This document shows, one piece after another, positions 50,885 to 61,997 of a DNA stretch of 64,000 nt. This DNA comes from Felis catus. Lineage: Eukaryota. The DNA is taken from NCBI RefSeq assembly GCF_018350175.1, contig NC_058368.1, positions 118,608,001-118,672,000 of the forward strand. The letters are read 5' to 3'. The translations under genes were made by a program, and so were the position numbers. Position 1 is the first letter of the stretch. Every line of letters begins with the position of its first letter. Below the pieces are notes generated by a model. It did not search any database, was not told the origin of the DNA, and saw only the letters and a program-made list of their open reading frames with translations.

Positions 50885-50972
50885 ACCCCAAAACTGCTTC
50901 TGAAGCGGAGACTGATATCTGTGCCGAATGGGAGATAAAGACAATCACTAGTGCTTTGAAGACCTACCTAAG
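50885..50972 (+). CDS. ARHGAP26: ARHGAP26 coding exon (88 nt, likely exon 15), DPKTASEAETDICAEWEIKTITSALKTYL(R)
   Basis: ttttcttcttttcAG acceptor and GTAGGG donor at 50973. RhoGAP 'S.LK.YLR' motif. Phase 1-2. Absent from the ORF track but frame-consistent with its neighbours. Confidence 0.96.
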
Positions 50973-51295
50973 GTAGGGGCTTTTCATTTGCAGGGCAGGG
51001 TGCCAGCTTGTTATCATGCAATCAGGAAGAAAGCAGTTTTATTTTCAGCCTCCAGAGAGCTGCTGGGTGGGTGTCTGAGATGTGGAAACAGCTCATGTGT
51101 GGGTGCAATTAGCTCAGCTGGTCACACCAGTTGTAAGTCCTCTGTACTTGATGGGGTGCCATTGTGCGATGGTGCCATTGAGTGATTCAAGAAGCTTTGC
51201 TTTTTATGAGAAGCCACTATGAGAATCAGCCTTTAACAGAACCTGAAATAGGCTCTTTCCTGAAATCCCCACATACTCTATTAAGAAAAGAAGGA

Positions 51296-51521
51296 GGGGT
51301 GCCTGGGTGGCGCAGTCAGTTAAGCGTCCAACTTCAGCCAGGTCACGATCTCACGGTCCGTGAGTTCGAGCCCCGTGTCGGGCTCTGGGCTGATGGCTCG
51401 GAGCCTGGAGCCTGTTTCCGATTCTGTGTCTCCCTCTGTCTCTGCCCCTCGCCCGTTCATGCTCTGTCTCTCTCTGTCCCAAAAATAAATAAACGGTGAA
51501 AAAAAATTTTTAAATAAAAAA
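51296..51521 (+). mobile_element. Young SINEC_Fc-like SINE
   Basis: Near-consensus and CpG-rich. TSD aagaaaagaagga at 51283 and 51522. Confidence 0.96.
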
Positions 51522-52845
51522 AAGAAAAGAAGGAACCGCATATCTCATTCTGTTGACAGTGTGACTACATGTCCTGTGTATTTTGGTGGTTTTGTGCCTT
51601 GTACAGATTGACTGTGTTGCTGACATTGGCCATTGAATATGAGAACTTAACGGGTGTCCCTTTTGACTCCTTCTCTAACATTGGAAAACGTTCCTTTATT
51701 GAAGAGACTCCTTTTCTTTTAACAATATATGTCCTGTTCGTCCTCCGTCCCTGCCCCTCCCTTGGTTATTAAGGAATGGGTGAGTCAAGCTGCCTTCATA
51801 TTGGTTTCATGAAGTGACCAAAACTTACACTGGACTTGAAGGCTAGGGGAGGGTCCAGTGTTCAACAAAGAAGAGAACTACACTCATGAATTACAAAAGC
51901 ATTTGTTCACGTTTTACGAAGATTCATTTGGCTCAAAAACCAAGGAGAGCAATGGGAAAGGAATGAGTGATGCAGGTTTTATTGGCTATTGGGGAATTGA
52001 TGGAAGGATCTTGAAGTCATGAGTAAGATGTAATGCTAGTGATGATCAAGAGTCAAATGAGGGGATCCAGTGAGAATAAAATAAAATCTGAGCCAAGAAT
52101 AATTTATAGTGTGTTGAGAAGCTTATTTGGACTGTCAGAAAAAAAGCTGAAGTTTACAGTTAAGCATACTCAGTAAACATATTCTTTAAACATTCATACC
52201 ACAAATACTACCATTGTAGTTTATACAAAACTATATTACAGAGGTTTGTATTTAGCACTTACCTTGTGGATGTTGATAGTAATTAGCTAATAAACAGTAA
52301 GTATAAAACATTAAAAAAAACAGATAAAATTTGATTATACCTTGCCTAACGTTAGGGGATCTAGCCCTTTGGCATTCTGGAGAAACACTCGGTCGTGAAT
52401 TGGTCACAAAAACACAGAAGTCTCTCATAGTGTTTCCAGAGGAACTGATTGTAATAACAAGCTGCTGGGGAACACAAGAGTTTAAGCACAGGTAATTGCA
52501 AATGTTTAGTTAGTTGCCTTTTTCTCAGACACCTCTTAAAAGGCTGTTGTCAATGGGTGAGTCACCGACTGAAAGGGAAATCTCTTGGTTTGTGCTAGAC
52601 TTTCACATTAGCACTTTCCTGGTTGTAACTAGGAAACATAGTTGCATCCATTCCTTTTGAAAAGAAAGAGTGAAAATGTCATGTGAAATCTCAGGACCCT
52701 TTCAAAAGGGAAACTCAGTTGGACTAAGCTGAGTTGCTGTTGTGTCCTTTGATCTTTGTCTCTATACAGTTGGGCAGCATCTAAGCCACGATTTGTAGTG
52801 TGATTGTTTTTATGAAGCTGACTTGTGTATATCCTTTTATCCCAG

Positions 52846-52904
52846 AATGCTTCCGGGACCACTCATGATGTACCAGTTTCAAAGAAGTTTCATCAAAGCA
52901 GCAA
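52846..52904 (+). CDS. ARHGAP26: ARHGAP26 coding exon (59 nt, likely exon 16), (R)MLPGPLMMYQFQRSFIKAA
   Basis: ttttatcccAG acceptor and GTAGGT donor at 52905. RhoGAP 'LP.PL' motif. Phase 2-1. Confidence 0.96.
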
Positions 52905-54418
52905 GTAGGTTTTCTTTTTGTCACAGTTGTAAGAGGGAAAGGGATAGATTTTTCTATTTCAAAGAACAGTCAGTATCCCAAAATAAATACTTTCTACCCT
53001 TTATGTTTTGCGTGTAAACTACCAACATACGTGCTCATGAGGTAGACACAAAATAGAGATGAAACTAAACTAGGATTGTCAAGGGCCTTGCTACCATGTT
53101 GAATTTACAGTTGAGAGGAACTTCAGAAGTGTGTTTTGGGGTTGGGGGGAAGAGAGAAAAGCAAGTTTGGCTTTCTAATTTTGATTATTGGAGTTCTAAC
53201 TCCTTGGGTTGTTTCCCAGCCCTTGAGTAGCATTTTGCAGAATGAATCAGAGTTCGCACATTACCTAAATTGAGCATTGGAAGTGTTTCCTTGAATATGA
53301 CACCATTTATATAACTTCCCAGTCCTCTTTCCATCATGGCTTCCATTTACAGCTTATGATCATTCTTCAGCTATATCGTCCAGGCCCCTTTGCGTCATAT
53401 CACTGGTATTAAAATACATAGGGATTAGGTGCAAGCTACCCTAAATATACTGGAATCTGTCGACGTGGGGCAGGGCTCCTGTAAGGAGCAGTAAGATTCT
53501 CTTATCAGATTTAAATCTGGCGTGAGTCTCCACCGTGTTATTATGTCGAGAGTCTCTGTGCCTCTCTCTGCTTCCTTTAAGCCTTCAGAGTCCATTTACC
53601 CTGGTAGCCACTACTGGCCTAATTGATTAATACCTAATGTTCTGATGGCCTTATCTTCTCAAGTTGTCTCCTTAAAATAGGGAGGAGAAAGACTTGAGAG
53701 AAAGCTGGGAGTGAAGATCATGTTTATGTGATTTCTTTCTCAGAGAAATTCCAAACCTGTAGCAGCCATTCTCTAATTAAACCTCACATCAGTCCTATAA
53801 ATAGGTGTGGTGAGCACTATCAGTCTGTCTCCCAGAGAAATGAAGCCACTTGCCCAAAGTCAGCCGAGCCATGGCAGGCCAGGATTGAGATTACAGGCTG
53901 GCAGGAAGATTTACATATTTTACCAGCCATTTCTTCTACCAGGCTGGTTGGTTGTCATGCATGAATTGAGAACAACCGGACATTACCTTTGATTTGTTGG
54001 ATGCTGTCTTGAGGCGTTGTTTTGATACTTGAGACCCTTGTAATGTTGTTCATGTACAATTTGTTTATCATTTGACAAGCGCATGAAGTTCCTCCCTTCC
54101 TTGAAATGAAGCCGTCATTCTAGGAAGCCAGCTGCTACCAAGTTTCTGCCTGCTCTGAGTGTGCAATTGACTGGCTCCATTTCGTCCTGTCATCATTTTG
54201 GCTTGAATTCTCTGACGGTCATTTTTTTTAATAAACTGCTACAAGAGGCATCATTAAAAACACTTCTAGATCTAGTCATGAGTGCGGAGAACAGGATCTT
54301 AAACCTTTGAGAAGTCCTTGGTCTCTTAGGGCCCAACCTTTGATTTCCTTTGATTTTGTCTTGCAATCTGATTTGCCTGTGACACTGATCAAATACTGCC
54401 TCCTTCTTGCCTTTGCAG

Positions 54419-54524
54419 AACTGGAGAACCAGGAGTCTCGAGTCTCTGAAATCCATAGCCTTGTTCATCGGCTCCCAGAGAAAAATAGGCAGATGTTACA
54501 GCTGCTCATGAACCACTTGGCAAA
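54419..54524 (+). CDS. ARHGAP26: ARHGAP26 coding exon (106 nt, likely exon 17), (K)LENQESRVSEIHSLVHRLPEKNRQMLQLLMNHLA
   Basis: ccttcttgcctttgcAG acceptor and GTAGGT donor at 54525. RhoGAP 'LP..N...L..L..HL' motif. Phase 1-2. Confidence 0.96.
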
Positions 54525-57500
54525 GTAGGTTTGACACCGAATGCTGCCCTTTTATCACCCCTAGGAAGTTCATGTCTTAGCGCTAAAGCTGGTCTCAATG
54601 CTGCTTATGTTTCCCTCTCCCTCTATTGCATCAGGTATGTCGGAGGCTTAGGAAAGAAATGTGTGAAATGTTCGCTGCAGTGGATAACAGCACCAAATGC
54701 CAGCTGATCTTTGCAGAGGAGGCTGGGGAAATGCCCATGATATCGGGCCACTAGGCAGAGTTGTCAGGGGGCTTTTGCTCTTGTGATGATCAAGGGCAAA
54801 CAGGAATATGTCATCTGAGATAACTGGGTCACAAGCAGAGTTTCCAGGAGTTCTCTGTCCTTGTGATAATCAGAGACAAATAGGAATATGTTGTGGGTTT
54901 ATAGACCTGGGATTTGGAGTAAAGAGGCCTGGGTTCTAGAGTTGATTGTTCTTAACAAGCCACTTTATGAGTACTGGACAAGCCACAGAACCTCTCAATT
55001 CCTTAGTTTCTTCATCTGTCAGATGAATGGATAGTAGGCTCCCCTTTAACTACAATGTCACTGATTTGAAAAGTAACATGTATTAAAGCCTAGGGAATAA
55101 AGGAATTTGGCAAGTGCCCACTTCCCCTCCAAGATCATCAAAGCATTCCTCGAGAGGCCTGATTTTCCTGCTAAGAATATTTGCTCTTGGAATGGTTTTG
55201 AATTTGTGTACTTGCTCTTGCTGGACCCTTTTAGGAATGGCCTTCCTGACTTCCCTTGCTGTGTCAGTGACTACATGTATGTATGTTCTAACCTTCCACT
55301 GACTTTGATGAATGTCTTTGGAGACTGGCGTATTAAAAAAGACAGAGTGCAACAGCTAACTTAAACCATTAAGCCCTACATTCTACTGAACTGATTGATG
55401 TGTTATACATTTGGCCCTTTCCCACACTTTCCTCATGCCATTAAGTCAGGTCTTTGGGGTAAGTTGATAGTGAGCTGAGGAAGATTATACCGGTTTGTTT
55501 TCATATTTCTACCAAGCACTTGATCCTACCATTTGGGGAGAGAGTGTACGTGTTACCATGAAGATTTCTGCAGATCTTAATTATGAAGAAACGAGAGTGT
55601 TTAGCATGTTGGTCAGAAGCAATTAGGCAGAGTCCAGGTTTGCTCCATTATTGGTCACATGTATTTCTTGCAGCCCCGTATTGGAACTGCGTGTTCAGAA
55701 ACAATTAAGCATAGCAGAGAACATGCAAGCTTACAAGGAGAATGCCCAAAAAATGTCAAAGAATTCTGATGAAGTGTGTTTAAAATAATGGGAATTGGGC
55801 TTTCAAAAGTAACTCCACATGCTCGGAGCTGACGGTTTGGTGCCTCTTCCACACGACCCAGTCAGGCATTTGTTAAATGGAAAAGCTGTTTTAGATCTTA
55901 ATTGCAAAACTTTGCACACTTGAAGGGCCTTTACTGAAACGGGCAGTTCCAGATACTTACTCCAGCCAAGTATGTGTGGGGATCCTCGTGGTTGTTGTAT
56001 GGCCACTAGGTTTTGAGCCTCCTGGGAGCAGCTGGAGGAGAAGGCTTAGCAACCCTCTGACAGCAGTGGGCTTTTCAAGCTGTGGAGTTGTGATGAGAGC
56101 TTAATTGGACTGAGTATGATGGAGAGTAAATGGTGATCCAGCAGAGCCAGTACTGAATTTGCCCATTGTAAAACTGCCCTGAGGACTGAGCCTGTTTTAT
56201 CTCCTACAGGGTAGTTTGCTTTCTCCCTCTTGTCCAACTCAGCACTCTCAACCCCGTTAAATTCAGTTCATCTTTGTCCCTGAACTAACAAGGAATAGAA
56301 CTATAAGATGGAAGTGACAGCTTGACCTTGACTTTTTGCCTTCTAATGAATTTAAACCAACTTTGTTGTTGGAGTTAGTTATAGTATAGCATTTATGGAG
56401 CATTATGCCTTGTTTTTGATACCTCACTGTGATTTTCTTTGGTTCTATGGGGTTATGTGGTTTTTTGTTGTTGTTGTTGTTCATTTAATCGTTAAAAGAA
56501 ATCTACATAGAGACTGCAGAGTGACTCAGAGCTGATGTTACAACACACAGACTCAGGTTCTCAGCAGGCTGTGTTCTTGGTCTCAGAAGATGGGGATTTA
56601 AAGTGTCTTGGAGGAGATGGGTATAAATGAGCATTGCTGAATCCAGTAAGGAGTATTTATTTAGTTCTGAAAAAATGCTTTGGCACCCAGAGGAGTTCTC
56701 AGATTCCACTTAAATGCTGTATGCTCATTTACAGCGCTGTCCCATTTTAAAATTGACCAGGAGAGGCAAGTTAACTTGGAATAAGGAGTTTGTCTGTTTA
56801 GTCCAGTTTTCTCAGTTTCAGATTTACCCTCGGATATGCCTCATCTGTTGTTCCTCTGGTCCACTTACTTAACACTCAGCTTCCTTCCTAAGTTTTGGTT
56901 TCAGGGCTGGATCTGCTGGAAAACTCGTGTTCACTTCTCTCCTTACCTACCGTGTTTGCCCTGTGCCTCTCAGGAGTCTGATTCAAAGGGAAGACATGTT
57001 GTATTGTGTATTTCTTAGAGTGCTTTTTTGAAATACTTTCCAAAATTGATTTATTTTCACTGTGGAGGGAGAGTTAAGACATTTTATATTTAATCCCGTG
57101 TAGAAATGTGTTCAGAGGGGATAAAAGTCTTAGAGGAGGATATAGTTACAAACTCAAAAAGCCTTCAAGCAAATGATTACCAGGGAACATCCAAATCATA
57201 GAGCTCTTGGGTTTGTTTCAGACCTCAGGGGGAACGTAAAAATTACAGACAACTATGCACACATTTTTGTTGTTAAAGCTTAAATCTATGATAATTAGGT
57301 GTTTTCTTATTGGATCCTGGAATCTAGTATACAATCTGGAGTCATGTGCCTAGTCACATGCCCTCAAAGCACAGTTAGACTCACTTTGGCTGTGTTTACA
57401 CTTGACATTGGGGGACCACACCCCTGCTCTACTAAATTGAACTCTGTTTGGGAATCTGCACATCTGGTTCATTTCCCAGGTAATTATGATGCAAAGAGTC

Positions 57501-57612
57501 TTTTGAGAACCACTGGCCTAGAGAATGGGCCACATGCAGGGGTTTTCTAGGAGAGAGAAATGGCACTGAGTGGAATGGATTGGGATTTAACCAAGTATTA
57601 GACTTTGGCTCA

Positions 57613-57805
57613 AGCATCCGACTTTGGCTCAGGTCATGATCTCACCATTTGTGGGTTCAAGCCCCACATCAGGCTCTCTGCTGACAGCTTGGAGCCAGCT
57701 TCAAATTCTTTGTCTCCTTCTCTCTCTGCCCCTTCCCTGCTCATGCTCTCTCTCTCCCCCGCCCCTCAGAAATAAAATAAACATTTAAAAAATTTTTTTT
57801 AAAAA
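57613..57805 (+). mobile_element. CAN-SINE lacking its 5' head
   Basis: Begins at agcatccgactttggctcaggtcatgatc. CT tract and tail present. Confidence 0.88.
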
Positions 57806-57966
57806 AGGAAATAGGACAAAGAACCTCCAAGAAGTGAGTTTAAAAAGGAGATTTTTATAATGAAATTACTAAAAAAATCCAGTTTTGATTTCCCATATCC
57901 TTACAGTTTGACGCTGCATTAAATTGAGTTTCAGCAAATGACTTTGTTTTAAAATCATGCATAAAG

Positions 57967-58113
57967 TGGAGAGGGTGGGTGATGGGTATTGAGGAGGGCA
58001 CCTTTTGGGATGAGCACTGGGTGTTGTATGGAAACCAATTTGACAATAAATTTCATATATTGAAAAAAAAATACAGAAGCCCTAACTGAAAAAAATAAAT
58101 AAATAAATAAAAA
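57967..58113 (+). mobile_element. Very short cat-type L1 3' end with a double tail (probable 3' transduction)
   Basis: 'gggtgatgggtattgaggagggcaccttttgggatgagcactgggtgttgtatggaaaccaatttgacaataaa'. TSD taaaatcatgcat(a/g)aag at 57950 and 58114. Confidence 0.92.
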
Positions 58114-58634
58114 TAAAATCATGCATGAAGCATTTTTAATAATAGAAAACTAAGCTGGTTGTGGGGCCTTGTGGAAATTAATCAGTCAACCTCTTGAGCC
58201 TCAGTTTTCTGAGTTCCCTTCTAATCATGTGATTCTGTGTCTTCATCAGGTAGAAGGGGTGGAAAAGAGAAGAACATCCCCATATTAGAATTGTACAAGG
58301 AAATAGGAGTAGATGAATAATAAAGACAAATTTCATGGTGGTTTCCTCATGTTTATATATTATGATGACTCCAAGTATCTTGTATATCCCCACACATACC
58401 ATTCATAGTGGCTCATCGTCATTTTATTACAGTGTTTATGCTGCATTGGGAGGATTTCAAAGGACTCTCCATGCATCAGGAGTGGCTATTAAAAATACCT
58501 TTTCACAGCTGGTTTTCCCAAAGCGCTTACTGAGAAATCAATCTCAGTCTCTCCTTTTTTGAAGCCACCATTCCTTTGTTGCTAGGATGTTGTCAAAAGG
58601 GTAGAGGCATTTTCTTGCTCCTCCAAAGAGGTAG

Positions 58635-59069
58635 TGTATCATTTAGGATGCTCTGGGATGTAAGAAACAAAATCCAATTCAAAATGGCTTAAACAGTAAA
58701 GGAATCTGTCTCTCATTACACAAAATCAGTCAAGTACTCAGGTTATTTCTATGGTCTTGCTCTTAGCCAGCCTCCTTGTGTTGGCTACGTCAGGGTCATA
58801 AGATGTCGTGTTGCATCCTTGCACATCTATGGTTGTTCAGAGGCAGAAAGAGCATTACTTATTCTTTGCTTCTCTTTTTAAGAGCTATGATGATATTTTC
58901 CTCAGAAGTTCTCCAGCAGACTTCCCATCACATCTCATTGGTTTGAAGCAATCTCCAGCAAGGGGAAGGGGGCCACCGTGATTTTTTATGCCAAACAGGA
59001 CTTACCTGGGCCATATGTGAGAGGCCTGGATATCAGTATAAAAGCAGAGCTCTGAATCAGCAGTCCACA
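58635..59069. mobile_element. MLT1-like (MaLR) solo LTR
   Basis: TG...CA ends. 'aattcaaaatggcttaaacagtaaaggaat...cagcagacttcccatcacatctcattgg'. Confidence 0.65.
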
Positions 59070-59105
59070 TTGCTTACTGTAAAAAGTCTTGATAAAAGAA
59101 CATTT

Positions 59106-59221
59106 GCAGTGTCTGGGTGGCTCATTTGGCTGAGTGTCCGACTCTTGGGTTATGGTGCCAGGGTTGTAGGATCAGGCCCTGAGTTGGGCTCCGTGCTGGG
59201 TGTGGAGCCTGCTCAGGATAT

Positions 59222-59305
<84 letters not shown>

Positions 59306-59328
59306 TCTCTCTCTCTCTCTCCCTCTCT

Positions 59329-59379
<51 letters not shown>

Positions 59380-59872
59380 CCTCCCTCCCTCCCTCCCTCC
59401 CTCCCTCTCTCCCTCTCTCCCTCTTTCTCTCCCTCCCTCTCTCCCTCTTTCTCTCCCTCCCTCTCTCCCTCCCTCTCTCCCTCCCTGTCTCCCTCCCTCT
59501 CTCCCTCCCTCTCTCCCCCTCTCTCCCTCCCTCTCTCTCCCTCTCTCCCTCCCTCTCTCTCCCTCTCTCTCTCCCTCTCTCCCCCTCTCTCCCTCCCTCT
59601 CTCCCCCTCTCTCCCTCCCTCTCTCTCCCTCTCTCCCTCCCTCCCTCTCCCTCTCTCCCTCCCTCTCTCCCCCTCTCTCCCCCTCTCTCCCCCCCTCTCT
59701 CTCCCTCTCTCCCCCCTCTCTCTCCCTCTCTCCCCCCCTCTCTCTCCCTCTCTCCCCCCCTCTCTCTCCCTCTCTCTCCCTCTCTCTCCCTCCCCCCCCC
59801 ACCTTCTGCCCCTCTTCTCTGCTTGCTCTCTGTCTCTAAAACAAATTTAAAAGATCAAAAAACAAAAAACAC
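59106..59872 (+). mobile_element. Old CAN-SINE with a greatly expanded internal (CT)n/(CCCT)n tract
   Basis: SINE head at 59106-59220, pyrimidine tract at 59221-59800, then SINE 3' remnant and A-rich tail. Confidence 0.88.
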
Positions 59873-60949
59873 TTAACAAAGAGCATTAAAGCTATTGAAT
59901 GATCCTCACATGGTGTGTTAACTCGATTTAGACATAGGCCAATTTGGGAGGGGAGACTACTACATCTGCAGTGTGGGCACACATACACTAAAATTACAAG
60001 ATTCAGGGGGTGGAAGGTGAGAGAGAAATGAGGAGGGCAAAATGAACTTTAGTCTCATTGTCAGCTGCTGATTTCTATTATTCTGGTCATTACCCAATTG
60101 TCTCATGTTTATTTGAATGATATGTTACTTGTTGTGGCCTTGAAAAAAAAGGACAAAATTCTGTAGATGGCAGAAATCATGAAAGAATATTGCGGGGCAA
60201 ATGCTTGGCATACAAGTGAGACCTTAGCAAAATATGTAGACTCCATTGTCACAAGTTATCAAGGGTTGAGCATTTAGTGGCTTGGCTGTTTTCACCTTCC
60301 TGTGACGGGAGTATGAGTACTTCCAGGCATTCCTGCAAATCAAGAAGGATGTCTTCATATTTCCTTCATGATCTAGAAGCAGAGTGAATTGGGTTCGTGT
60401 GCAAATGCCTGTGGTTATAAAGAAAGTCATTGTTAGGCCTTGGCACCAAGGAGGATGGACCATAATGGTTAACTAGCATTTTCTGAAGTTGTTTAAGAAA
60501 GGGTTAGAGTAAAAGGAAGTGTGCATGGATACTTGGCATTAACATATATCTCATAGATACTCTAATACTGCTTCTTCTTCCATCCCGAGTCTAAAAGATA
60601 AGATTTAGCTTAGTGAGGAGCTGTTAAACATGTGAGAAGAGCTAGTTATTTCCCCATCAAGACTAGTCCAAACAAAATAGCTGTGGAATTTTACAAAGCA
60701 CATTTAAAAGAAAATAGTACTTTTGAGATGATGACTTTCTAAGACGGAAAGCTCCTGTGAGCTTCTCTGGCGCTCTTCCCTCCGCCATACACCCTGGCTC
60801 CTAAGCCTTTCTTCTCGCTAGTAACCACTGGCCACCCGCTGCTGCCAGTACAGAATTGCTTGGCTGCTGAGCCACTCACTGGTGGTGTACCCTGATACCC
60901 CCATGGAGCCATGTTGACCACATTCTGCAGTTCCATTTGGTTTCTGTCT

Positions 60950-61697
60950 CACTGAATCCTACCCTGCACTGCTAGTTCTGGTGATTTTAACCCCTTTGTG
61001 TCTCTTAAATCTGTCCACCCCCCTGTCCAAGCTGGCATCATCTCTTTCCGAGACTGCTTGCAAAGGCCTCCTCGCACCTTGCTCGGGCTCACTTCCAATC
61101 CCCAGAGTGCACACTCTGCAGCCGGGGAACTTGGAACTCTACAGATCTCAACTTGGGATTCCCTTGCTTAAAAATCTTCAAAGGAAGCTTTCCCATTGCT
61201 CTGAAGATACCGCTCTGGGTATGGCCTCCAAGGCCGTGTCCACATCGGACCCTTTCACACTCAGCGGCGTCATCTTGTGTCCCTCGTCACCACTGCATCC
61301 CTGCTGCATAGTGCACGTAGACATTCATGCGTATTTGTTGGGTAGAGGCATGGAGGGTCTCTTGACCATTTCTCAAACATTCTCTTCCCGGCTCCCTCTT
61401 TTTGCCTCTTTCAGTTCATTTTCCTCTGTGTGGAATGGTCCCTCCCTAGCCTCTGCCTGCCAAAGTCTACCTCATTCTTTAACCCTAACTCAAATGCCAT
61501 TGACTACAAGAATCTGTTCTGCCTCAAGTGCCCTCTCACTTTCCTCAACTCCCATAGCCTTTGCTCATTTCTCCCTTCTAGTGTGTATTACATTGCACCT
61601 TGTGGAAGTTTACCAAGTGTCTGCCTTCTCACTCCTATTAGGTTGTGAGCTCCCAAGGGACAGGCAGTCTGTCTTCCTTTATCTTTTGTTTCTTGCC
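60950..61697 (+). mobile_element. L2 fragment
   Basis: 'cccttgcttaaaaatcttcaa...cccattgctct...ggttgtgagctcccaagggacagg' matches the L2 3' region. Confidence 0.7.
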
Positions 61698-61997
61698 TAG
61701 AGGTGGCAAACAAGGGCCTCCAGCCGGAGCAGCCCATACATGTGTTCTGTCTGGTATTGTGGTTCCACATGTTGCTGTTTATAAAATTTGGACAGGTTTC
61801 CAACATTTTTAACTGGGGTGATTTTACTTGAAAGAATTTAGATCTCTTTGCTCACAGTTGACTACAAGTGGGTAGAGTCCATGCCCTAATGCCTTGGACA
61901 TGCCTTCTTCAGTGCACCAAGGCCTAGCTGTCTCTGTTGTCCCTTGTGCCCCCTACCTGCCTGGCCATGGGGTAGGCATTTGGATTTTCAGTCCCTG
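61698..61997. mobile_element. MER102-like hAT-Charlie element inserted in the L2
   Basis: Ends tagaggtggcaaa / gtaggcatttggattttcagtccctg. Interior resembles MER102. Confidence 0.6.

Noticed and set aside
54783..54818. GTGATGA...CTGA resembling box C/D snoRNA motifs
   Set aside because: The boxes are only ~25 nt apart, there is no terminal stem, and the second repeat copy lacks the C box.
59070..59876. Three long overlapping ORFs (268, 226 and 216 aa; SL-, ER- and P-rich)
   Set aside because: They are translations of a stop-free CT/GA microsatellite inside a SINE, with no coding signature.
60981..61700. 239-aa ORF
   Set aside because: Non-ATG start, lies over a degraded L2-like fragment, has no recognisable domain and no splice support.
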